NCBI RefSeq assembly: GCF_963921235.1
Contig: NC_086097.1
Coordinates: forward strand, 164,798,001 to 164,862,000
Direction of reading: 5' to 3'
DNA length: 64,000 nt
Origin: Mobula hypostoma
Taxonomy: Eukaryota
The translations under genes were made by a program, and so were the position numbers. Shown here piece by piece: positions 37,491-47,844 of this stretch. The notes under the pieces were generated by a model. That model did not search any database. It was given only the letters and a program-made list of their open reading frames with translations, and was not told the origin of the DNA. Each line of letters starts with the position of its first letter. Within the stretch, counting starts at the first letter, position 1.

Positions 37491-38339
37491 ATACTTGTGT
37501 CTTTCTGGTAGCTAGAAGAGGCCATATATAGTGTAAACTGCCAGAACCTAGGTACCACTGCTGCTGAGATGGAACAGGCGATTAAACAAATTGTGTTGCC
37601 CCAATCATTTTCATGTAACCTGCAATATAAATACACGGTTGTGCAGGAGAAACAGAATGAACAGGCACGTGCATAATTTCATTATCTATTAATACTCCTC
37701 CCGGAGCCTGAGAATAGATCTATCACAAAAATGGGACAAGCTGACATAAATAGAACTCCTTGATCTGTAGAGAGCAGCACACTAGGATTCAGGCTCAGAG
37801 AAGGATGAATGCATCTTCTCAATTTCTAACTGAATATCTATGTCAGTCAGGAAACATTACTACGAGAGTGATATACCTCAAGTAACACATATTTTATAGT
37901 AGCTGAAACATTCATTTATGTAATGACTTTAACACAAGGAAAAAACAAAACCCTTTCATTTATATAAGCCATTCATGGTTAAGTGTAATAAGTATGTACG
38001 TGTTGTATTGAAAGATTTGTTTCTTTATTGTATGACTCCATGGATTCCAAAAGCACTTTACAGCTAGCTAGCAAATACTTGTGATTTATTTAGTTAAAAT
38101 TACAGAACTGGGGATACAGCCGGTCTACATACAGGAAGCTCGCACAAAGAACAACATTATCATGATCAATTGGTGTTTTTTTTTGTGTGATGCCGGTTAT
38201 TGTATAAATGTTGGTCAAGAGTCTGAGGATAATACACCTAATCTAAAAATGAAATAGGTATTGGTATTGGTTTATTCATTTAACATGTACCAAGATACAG
38301 TGAGAAGCATACAGAAAAGCATCCATACAGAGCAATTCA

Positions 38340-39195
38340 AAACATCTGGATGAAGATGTAGGAGATGTGGATGAATACGTTTGCTGATGACACAAAAGTT
38401 GGGGTGCTGTGGATAGTCCGGAGGGTTGTCAGAGGTTACAATGGGACATCAATAGGATGCAGAGAAATGGCAGATGGATTTCAATCCAGATAAGTGTGAA
38501 GTGTTCATTTTGGTGGGTCAAATTTGAAGACTTAATATAATATTAATGAAAGACTCTTGGCAGTGTGGAGGATCTGACAGATCTTGGGGTTGTGTCCATA
38601 GGACACTCAAAGCTGCTGCAGGGGTTGACAGTGTGGTTATGAAGGCATATGGTGTGTTGGCATTCATCAGCCATGGGACTGAGTTCAAGAGCTGTGAGGT
38701 AATGTTACAGCTGTATAAGATCTTGGTCAGACCCCACTTGAAGCACTGTGTTCAGTTCTGGTCACCTCACTACAGATACTAAGGAGAGAGCGCAGAGGAG
38801 TTTACCAGGATTTTGCCTGGATTGGAGAGTGTACCTTTTGAGAATTGATTGAGTGAACTTGGCCTTTTCTCCTTGGAGCCATGAAGGATGAGATGTGACC
38901 TGATTGAGGTGTGTAAGGCATTGATCATATGGATATCCAGACGCTTTTTCCCCAGGGCTGAAATGGCTAACATGAGGGGCATAGTTTTAAGGTGCTTGGA
39001 AATAGGTACCAAGGGGATGTCAGGGGTAACTTTTTCCACACAGAGAGTGGTGGGTGTGTGGAATGCACTGGAGCTTAGAAAAATAGAGGGTTATGCACTA
39101 GGGAAATTCTAGGCAGTCTCTAGAGCAGGTTACATAGTCAGCACAGCATTGTGGACTGAAGGACCTGTAATGTGCTGTAGATTTCTATGTTCTAT
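38340..39195 (+). mobile_element. Degenerate CR1 RT/3' fragment
   Basis: FADDTK, LYKILVRPHLKHCVQFWSPHYR, TQRVVGVWNAL, ttctatgttcta tail. Confidence 0.85.
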
Positions 39196-39492
39196 AAGTA
39201 CTTTGCCATAGTACAGCGGAAAACATTAAAATGCAGAATATAGTATTACCGTTACATTTACAGAAAATTGCAGTGCAGGTAGGTAATAAGGTGCTCGGGC
39301 CAGGACAATGTAGATTGTGTAATCAAGAGTTCATCTTCAACGTCCAAAAGGTACCATGTAATAAAAGCTGTACCACTGATGATGAAGCATTCCCACACTA
39401 GAGAGGCTGTTTGAAATTTTGCCTTCATATCTCTGGAGATGGATTTAAATCCACAAACTTTTGACTCAATGTATGCTCGCAACTTGGTAATA

Positions 39493-40040
39493 TACACTCA
39501 GCAGCCACTTTATTAGAGAGGCCTGTACACCTGCTCTTTAATGCAAATATCTAATTAGCCAATCATGTGGCAGCAACTCAATGCATTGAAGCATGCATAC
39601 ATAGTCAAGAGGCTCAGTTGTTATTCAGAACAAACATCAGAATGGGGAAGAAATATGATTTAAGTGACTATGACTGTGGAATGATTGTTGGTGTCAGATG
39701 GGGAGGTTTGAGTATCCCAGAAACTGCTGATCTCTGGGAATTTTCACACGAGTCTCTAGAGTTTACAGAAAATGATGCGAAAAGCAAAAAATAGATATAT
39801 CCAGTGAGTTGCAGTTGTGTGGAGGCAAAAATGTCTTGTAAATGAGAGGAGTCAGAGGAGAATGGCCAGATGGGTTAAACCTGGCAGAAAGGGACAGTAA
39901 CTCAGGTAACCATGCATGACAACAGTGGTGTGCAGAAGAACACCTCTGAACACACAACACGTCAAATCTTGAAGTGGATAGACCACAGCAGCAGAAAACC
40001 AGAATCATATGCTCAATGGCCACTTCATTTATACAGGACA
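39493..40040 (+). mobile_element. Tc1-like DNA transposon remnant
   Basis: TA-CACTCA...CACTTTATTAG terminus and a transposase N-terminus MGKKYDLSDYDCGMIVGVRWGGLSIPETADL. Confidence 0.7.
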
Positions 40041-40434
40041 TACTGAAATACTTTGCTCCATTGCCAATAGGGATAAATGTTGGGTTGGACACTGGTTATA
40101 CCCTAATATTGATATGAAGATACAGTGAAAAGTTTTGTTTGCATGCCATCCAAATACTCATTACATATTAAGTAGACTGAGATATTACAAAAGGAAAAAT
40201 AATAACATAATGCAGAATATCCAAGTGAAACACCCTGGTTTCCTTGGCTGTGAAAGTCTAGGGAAGACAACGTCTGGCCCCACCAAACTCCTGAGATTGA
40301 GGCGTGTTCGATTCCACCCCAAACGCCAGTTTGTGTGGCTGCTGTGTCATTTGCTACCCTGTTACAAATTAATGCTACAATTAAAGGAATTATACTGATG
40401 AATCTTAACTAAAGGGTTAGTAAAGAATAACAAA

Positions 40435-41980
40435 GGAGGGAGGGAGAAGATGGCGGCGCGATGCAGCATGTGCGGCCATTCCGAATGATATCGTAATGTG
40501 TTAACTGGGGGCCATGCACAATCCTGATTTGATGGAGACAGCCGTGAGAAGCACAGAGGAACACCTGGAGAAACTTCTGAAACGCCCGCTTCGCTGCCGC
40601 TGCTACTGTGCGATTGAGAATCTCCGGAGGGGAGGGCCCCAAATCCTCGGCTTTGCCTATTGCCTGTTGCCAGGGCCGGGGTCGAAGCGCTCAGCAGAGA
40701 TGGTGCTCGATGTTGGAGAGCTGGTCTGAGGCTCGGAGTTTTCAGACGGACTCTGAGTCGGACTGTGGTCGGATGCTTCCAGGATGCTGCATCGGCAAGT
40801 TTGCGGTGCTGGAGGTTCACCGTCTGCATGAGATGATGGGGCTTTCTAGAGACTTTGAGACTTTTACCATGCCCATGGTGTGACAAGAATACACATAAAT
40901 TAAGATGTTAGCTGGCCTGGGCTGGCACCAGTGGGATCAACAGTTGGTCTGTCACCTGTCTTCAGGAGAAAGAGAGATAAGGAAAACAATGGAGCAGCAT
41001 TTGGAGATGTTAATGAAGGGACAGGAGAGAGTAACGGAAGGACAGCTGTCAAGATCGGTTCCCCCTTTGAACCCTGAACTGTTTGAAGTGATGGACAGGC
41101 GATACCCCAGCAGGGGGATAAAAAGGGACAGGTTCACTAAGGCAGGACACACACACGACACCCCGAGGTAACGAGACCCTGGAAGCGGTGCGTCTCCCAC
41201 AAGTCGGTGGGAAGTTTTGGACGGCAGGTCGCGGGATCAAGCCATAGACGTACAGGGTGGAAAGGCACGATCGGCGGGAACCTGGTGTGTGTCCACCCTT
41301 ACCTGGGTGCCAGGTTCACCGCAGAGAAACGATCGTATCTGGAAACGGAGGGGGTCACGGTTGATGACCTCAGATGACATCAAAAAGGACTCGCCCGAAA
41401 GCTGACTGCGAAGGTCTGTGTGGAAGCCGTTTGAATATTCATTCATTTTGCTCTCTCTCTCTCCTTCCCTCCATTGTCCATCTCCCACGGCAGCGATTAC
41501 TGCGAACTGAACTTTGCGTCACTTTGAAACTGGTCATTTACCCCTAGACAACGATAGAGCTTGATTGATCCTGTTATCTTCATTCTGTGTACATGTGTGT
41601 TTATCATTGCTGAACTGTTGCATTTATTATCCTTTTGATTAGAGTACTGTGTTGCTTGTTTCTTTAATAAAACTTTCTTAGTTCTAGTAATCCAGACTCC
41701 AACTGAGTGATCCATTTCTGCTGGTTTGGCAACCCAGTTACGGGGTACGTAACAATGGTCTGTTCTTATCAAATTATGGTATTGCTATGCACTGTTGTGA
41801 CTATATGTTATAATTATGTGGTTTTTGTCAGTTTTTAAGTTGGTTTGTCATGTGTTTCTGTGATACTATTCTGGAAAAACATCGTATCATTTCTTAATGC
41901 ATGCATTCCTAAATGACAATAAAAGAGGACTGCGTGTCCTAATCTAATCTAATCTAATCTAATCTAATCTAATCTAATCT
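40435..41980 (+). mobile_element. Non-autonomous non-LTR retroposon with (AATCT)8 tail, split by a solo LTR
   Basis: CpG-rich 5' end with AAGATGGCGGCG, 3' CAATAAA followed by (AATCT)8 at 41941-41980, and no RT homology. Confidence 0.65.
40879..41754 (+). mobile_element. Solo LTR (876 bp)
   Basis: TGTGAC...GTAACA termini, TSD ATGG at 40875-40878 and 41755-41758, GATAAAA at ~41117 and AATAAA at ~41666. Confidence 0.9.
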
Positions 41981-42445
41981 AAAAAGAAAAGGGCCCATTC
42001 TAATTGAACAGTCAAATGGGTACAAGTTGGAGGTCATCTTGAACTTCTCTGTCACTCACACGCTGGGCCCTCGGTCAACGTGAAAGCACACACCACCTTC
42101 TGAATGTCGCTCGCAATCCATCTTGAAAAAACGCGTCTCCCACCGGATCGTATGCTACTGTGGCGACCCACTTTCTGGCACACATGAACCGGCTCACAAC
42201 AGCACACGCAGGCAGAGGGCCAGCCCCAAAAAGGGCACCAGGCCATCCTCACCAGCAGGGGAAAAATCCTGCGCACAGAAAGGGTCTGGGAATAAGCATT
42301 CCCCACAGCAATCCCGCCCAGGGAGGGCGGGAACGGGAAGGCTTTAAAGCGGGCCGCGAAGTTTGAATAAATCTCTTTCATCACAACTCTAACTCACCGA
42401 CTCCGTGTGGTTATTCTAGCGCTGTGTGTAGCACATCGCTACAAT

Positions 42446-42457
42446 TGGTGACCCCGA
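42446..42457 (+). promoter_or_regulatory. Primer binding site (tRNA-Trp type)
   Basis: TGGTGACCCCGA 2 nt after the 5' LTR, matching the start of the known tRNA-Trp PBS TGGTGACCCCGACGTGA. Confidence 0.8.
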
Positions 42458-42483
42458 TGGCCCAAACGATATTTGGACCAGAG

Positions 42484-43178
42484 ATGACCGACGCTGCATC
42501 TGTTCACGCAGTTTCGTTAAAACTGCCAAGCTTCTGGATGCTGCGACCCCAATTATGGTTCGAACAAGCAGAAGCACAATTCCACATTTGGCAGATAACC
42601 TCAGAGTCCACTCGCTACTACTACGTGCTGAGCTCACTCGACCAGGAGACTGCTGTACAAGTTGAGGAGTTTATACAGTCACCCCCGGAGGACGGCAAAT
42701 ACACAGCATTCAAAGCCCTGCTTTCGGACTCTCACAGCGAGAACGAGCACGCCGCTTAATGCGCCTGGATGGTTTGGGAGACAGGCCGCCGTCAGCATTA
42801 ATGAACGAGATGCTGGCCCTGGCTGAAGGACACAAACCCTGCCTCGTGTTTGAGCAGGCGTTCCTAGAGCAACTGCCCGAGGACATATGCCTGCTGCTGT
42901 CCGACGCAGATTTCAGCAACCCCCGGGAGGTGGCGGCCCGAGCAGATGTGCTGTGGAATGCCAGGAAAGAGAGAGGGGCATCCGTCGCACAGATCACCAA
43001 GCCGCGTGCCCAATGACAGACCAGACCAGGCCTGGCAGCAGAGCCTACAAAACCCGGCGACGGGAGTGAGGAGCCCAACAAACAATGGTGTTTCTACCAC
43101 CAGCGGTGGGGCACAGAGGCCCGCCGCTGCAGACCACCCTGCAAATTCCCGGGAAACGCCAGGGCCAGCCGCCGCTGA
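42484..43178 (+). pseudogene. gag: Gypsy gag (frameshift ~42720, stop at 43014)
   Basis: MTDAASVHAVSLKLPSFW...WFEQAEAQF; LGDRPPSALMNEM; C-terminal CFYHQRWGTEARRCRPPC. Confidence 0.85.
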
Positions 43179-46100
43179 TGGCTACGGCAGCTGGCCATCA
43201 GGACAGCCTCCTGTACGTCTGGGACAAGCAGTTGGGACGCCGCTTTTTGGTCGACACCGGAGCGGAGATCAGCGCCTTACCTCCAACGAGTTACGACACC
43301 CGCAACAGAGAACCGGGACCCACCCTGAGGGCCGCTAATGGCAGCACAATACGAACCAACGGCACCCGCACGGTGCGGCTATGGTTCAGCTCCAGCGGGT
43401 TCACATGGGACTTCACACTGGCCGCCGTGGCCCAACCACTGCTGGGGGCAGATTTTCTACAAGCCCACAGCCTGCTGGTCGACCTGCAAGGGAAGCAATT
43501 AGTCCATGCCAAGACTTTTCAAACGTTCTCCCTGGGTGAAGCGCAGTTGCCAGCCCCACACCTGGACTCCATCACGCTGTCCGACAATGAATTCACCAGG
43601 GTCCTGGCGGATTTCCCATCAGTACTGACACCGCAGTTCACGGCAGCCATGCCCAGACACGGAGTACAGCACCACATCCCGACCCAGGGACCACCTCTCC
43701 ACGCCCGTGCTCGAAGGCTTCCCCCGGACAAGCTCCGACTGGCGAAGGAGGAGTTCAAGAAGATGGAGGAATTAGGGATCATACAACGGTCCGACAGCCC
43801 ATGGGCCTCCCCCCTTCACATGGTGCCCAAGGCAACGGGGGGCTGGAGACCATGCGGTGACTACCACAGAGTGAACGAGGCTACAACGCCAGACCGCTAC
43901 CCTGTGCCACACATTCAAGACTTCGCAGCAAACCTACACGGCGCAAGGATCTTTTCCAAGGTAGACCTCGTTCGGGGATACCATCAAATCCCTGTACATC
44001 CGGACCACATCCACAAAACAGCACTTATCACCCTGTTCGGACTTTTCGAATTCCTCCGAATGCCGTTTGGTCTAAAGAATGCCACACAGACTTTCCAGCG
44101 GCTAATGGACGTGGTGGGACGCAACCTGGACTTTGCATTCATCTATTTGGACGACATCCTCATAGCCAGCAGTAGTCGACAGGAGCATCTGTCCCACCTC
44201 CGCCAGCTCTACTCCCACCTGAGCGAATTCGGCCTTACAATCAATCCAGCCAAATGCCAGTTCGGACTCGACACCATCGACTTCCTGGGCCACAGGATTA
44301 CTAAAGACGGGGCAACCCCGCTGCTTGCCAAGGTAGACGCGGTCCACCACTTCCCCCGACCCAACACAATCAAAGGCTTGCAGGAATTCGTGGGTATGGT
44401 GAATTTTTACCACCGTTTCCTCCCCTCAGCAGCCTGAACCATGCGCCCCCTGTTCACCCTGATGTCGGATAAGGGCAAGGACATTACCTGGGATGAAGAG
44501 GCCGGAACCGCTTTCGTTAAAACCAAAGAAGCCTTAGCAAACACCGCGATGCTAATGCACCCCAGAACGGACGCTCCTACTGCCCTCACGGTGGACGCAT
44601 CCAACACAGCGGTCGGTGGAGTGCTGGAACAACTCATCGAGGGTCGCTGGCAACCCCTGGCGTTCTTCAGCAAACACCTACGACCACCCGAACTCAAATA
44701 CAGTGCTTTCGACTGGGAGCTATTGGCACTATACCTGGCAATCTGGCATTTCAGGTACTTCTTAGAAGGCAGGCCCTTCACCGCGTTCACAGACCACAAA
44801 CCGCTTACCTTTGCGTTCACGAAGGTGTCCGACTCCTGGTCGTCCCGCCAGCAGCGACATCTGTCCTACATCTCCGAGTACACGATGGACATCCGGCATG
44901 TCTCTGGAAAGAACAACGTCGAGGCGGACACACTTTCCAGACCTACCATACAGGCCCTGTCCCAAGGGGTGGACTATGCAGTGCTGGCAGAGGCACAGCA
45001 GGCAGACGCTGAGATCCCCAGTTACAGGACTGCAGTCTCCGGTTTACAGCTCCAAGACCTCCCCATAGGCCCAGGTGAGAGGACCCTACTATGTGACGTA
45101 GCTACCGGCCAACCCCGCCCCGTCGTCCCAGCAGCCTGGCGCCGGCGGGTGTTCGAATCCATTCACAACTTAGCGCACCTCTACATCAGGACAACCGTCC
45201 GGCTGGTCGCCAACAGGTTCGTGTGGCATGGACTTCGTAAACAGGTCAGTGAATGGGCCAAAACGTGTATGCAGTGCCAAACGGCCAAGGTACAGCAGCA
45301 CACCAAGGCTCCGCCACAGCGGTTCGAACCCACCCGCCGGAGGTTCGACCACATCCATGTGGGTATCATGGGGCCCCTGCCAGTGTCGCGAGGAGCGCGG
45401 TACCTCTTAACTATGGTAGACCGGTTCACCAGATGGCAGTCCCGCTCACCGACACCACCTCCGAATCCTGCGCCCGAGCACTGATCGCAACCTGGGTAGC
45501 ACGCTTTGGGGTACCAGCCCACATTACCTCCGACAGGGGCGCCCAGTTCACCTCCAGCCTGTGGTCAGCTATGGCCAGCCTTTTAGGATCACAGCTACAC
45601 CACACAACTGCCTACCACCCACAGTCGAACGGACTAGTGGAGCGTTTCCACCGTCACCTGAAATCGGCTCTCATGGCCCGCCTGGAGGGGCCTAACTGGG
45701 TGGACGAACTTTCCTGGGTCCTGCTCGGAATCCGCACGGCACACAAGGAGGATCTACACACCTCGTCGGCCGAGTTGGTGTACGGCGCGCCCTTGGTCGT
45801 CCCAGGAGAGTTCATACCAGCCCCAAGGGGGCAAGAGGAAGAACCCACAGCAGTCCTGGACAGACTACGGGAGAGGCTTGGTAATCTGGCCCCCATACCC
45901 ACTTCACAGCACGGACAGAGCCCGACCTGCGTACCCAAAGACCTGCAGAACTGTAAGTTTCTTCTTGTACGACGGGGCGGACACCGGGCAACGCTACAGC
46001 AGCCCTACGAGGGACCGTTTAAGGTGATCAGGAGCAACGGGTCCACGTTCGTGCTGGACATTGGGGGGAGAGAAGAGGTTTTCACGGTGGATCGACTCAA

Positions 46101-46437
46101 ACCGACCCATGTGGACTTGGCGCAACCGGTCCAGGCTCAGGCACCGCGGCGCAGGGGCAGACCTCCCAAACAGAGGCCGATCCAGACTGTGGACATTGGG
46201 GGAGGTATCGCCGGTTCTGTGGGGGGGTTATGTGGCGACCCACTTTCTGGCACCCACGAACCGGCTCACAACAGCGCGCGCAGGCAGAGGGCCGGCCTCA
46301 AAAAGGGCGCCAGGCCATCTTCATCAGCGGGGGAAAATCCTGCGCGCAGAAAGGGTCTGGGAATATGCATTCCCCACAGCAGTCCCGCCCAGGGAGGGCA
46401 GGAACGGGAAGGCTTTAAAGCGGGCCGCGAAGTTTGA
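43151..46437 (+). pseudogene. pol: Gypsy pol: protease, RT, RNase H, integrase (stop at 44435, frameshift ~45430)
   Basis: FLVDTGA, SPWASPLHMVPK, YLDDILIAS, TVDASN, FTDHKPL, ITSDRGAQF, SNGLVERFHR, PYEGPF. Confidence 0.93.
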
Positions 46438-46754
46438 ATAAATCTCTTTCATCGCAACTCTAACTCACCGACTCTGTGTGGTTATTCTAGCGCAGTGTGT
46501 AGCACATCGCTACACTACAACCATTTCTCCCCAGCATCTTCTCTCCATCTCCTCTCAAACTAAAGCCCAAAAACAACCTTATTGACTCTCACCAAGAAAA
46601 CCTCCCGCTAATTGGATGGCACACATTCCACATCATCACTTAGCTTCAACGGTGAGCTGAACAGGCTGAAAGCAGAACAGACTGCTCTTACAGAACTGCT
46701 AAGTGAAATACCTACAGCGTATCGGTAAAGATGTGAACCAAGGCATTACACAAG

Positions 46755-47825
46755 CAAAACACTGGAGGAACTCGGCTGGCCAGGCAGCATCTATGAAAAA
46801 AAGAGTACAGTTGACTTTTCGGTTCGAGACCCTTCATCAAGACTGGAAAAAAAAAAGATGAGGAGTCAAAGTAAGAAAGTGGGGTGGGGGGAGGGAGAGA
46901 GAACCCCTCCAAGGTGATAGGTGAAACTGGGAGGGGGGTAGGGATGAAGTTAAGAGCTGGGATATTGATACAGGGCTGGAGAAGGGGGAAATCAGACTGG
47001 AGTCTACCCAGACAGAATATAAGGTGTTGCCTCTCCAACCTGAGTGTGGCCTCATCATAACAGTAGAGGAGGGGCCCTGAATGGTAGTGAGGAAGGAGGT
47101 GTAGGGGGCAGGTGTAGCACTTGTTTCACTTGCAAGGATAATGCCAGGAGGAAGATCAGTGGGAAGGAATGAACGGATAAGAGAGTGCATAGGGAGCGAT
47201 CCCTGTGGAAAGCAGGAAGTGAAGGGGGGGGGGGATTGGAAGGAAAGATATGCCTGGTGGTGGGATCCTGCTGGAGATGCAGAAGTTTCAGAGAATTATG
47301 TGCTGAGCACGGAGGCTGCTGGGGTGGTAGGTGAGGACAAGAGGAAGCCTATCTCTTTTGAGTGGCGGGAGGGCAGATGTGCATGAAATGGAAGAGATGC
47401 GGTTGAGGGCAGCATTGATGGTGGAGGAAGGGAAGCCCCTTTCTTTGAAGAGGAGTGCCACCAGAAAAAGCGGGATCTCCCAATAGCCACCCACTTTAAT
47501 TCCACTTCCCATTCCCGCTCCGACATGTCAGTCCATGGCCTCCTCTACTGTCACGATGAGGCCACACTCAGATTGGAGTAGCAACACCTTATATTACGTC
47601 TGGGTAGCCTCCAACCAGATGGCATGAACATTGATTTCTCAAACTTTCAGTTATGTCCCCCCCCTTCTCCATTCCCCATTCCCATTTCCCTCTCTCACCT
47701 TATCACCTCCCACTGGTGCTCTACCCCCTTTTCTTTCTCCCATGGCCTTCTGTCATCTCCCTTCTCCAGACCCGTATCTCTTTCACCAATGAACATACCA
47801 GCTCTTTACTTCACCACTCCACCAC
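46755..47825. mobile_element. Rearranged Penelope-like element (minus 46755-47458, plus 47459-47825)
   Basis: Both halves are homologous to the C-terminal/GIY-YIG/terminal part of 19470-21256 in opposite orientations, with a decayed hammerhead at 46809-46844 (-). Confidence 0.8.
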
Positions 47826-47844
47826 TTACAATTCCACCTATTAC

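Larger units (their letters stand above)
42159..46514 (+). mobile_element. Full-length Ty3/Gypsy LTR retrotransposon (decayed)
   Basis: LTRs 42159-42443 and 46231-46514, TSD CTAC at 42155-42158 and 46515-46518, PBS, G-rich PPT at 46221-46227, and gag-PR-RT-RH-IN order. Confidence 0.97.
40226..46750. mobile_element. Solo LTR split into three pieces (40226-40434, 41981-42158, 46519-46750)
   Basis: TG...CA termini and TSD CAAG at 40222-40225 and 46751-46754. The joined pieces are colinear with 35528-36123. Confidence 0.8.

Noticed and set aside
40362..41488. Cluster of overlapping 60-174 aa ORFs
   Set aside because: Explained by GC-rich retroposon and LTR sequence; the ORFs cross element junctions and carry no protein motifs.
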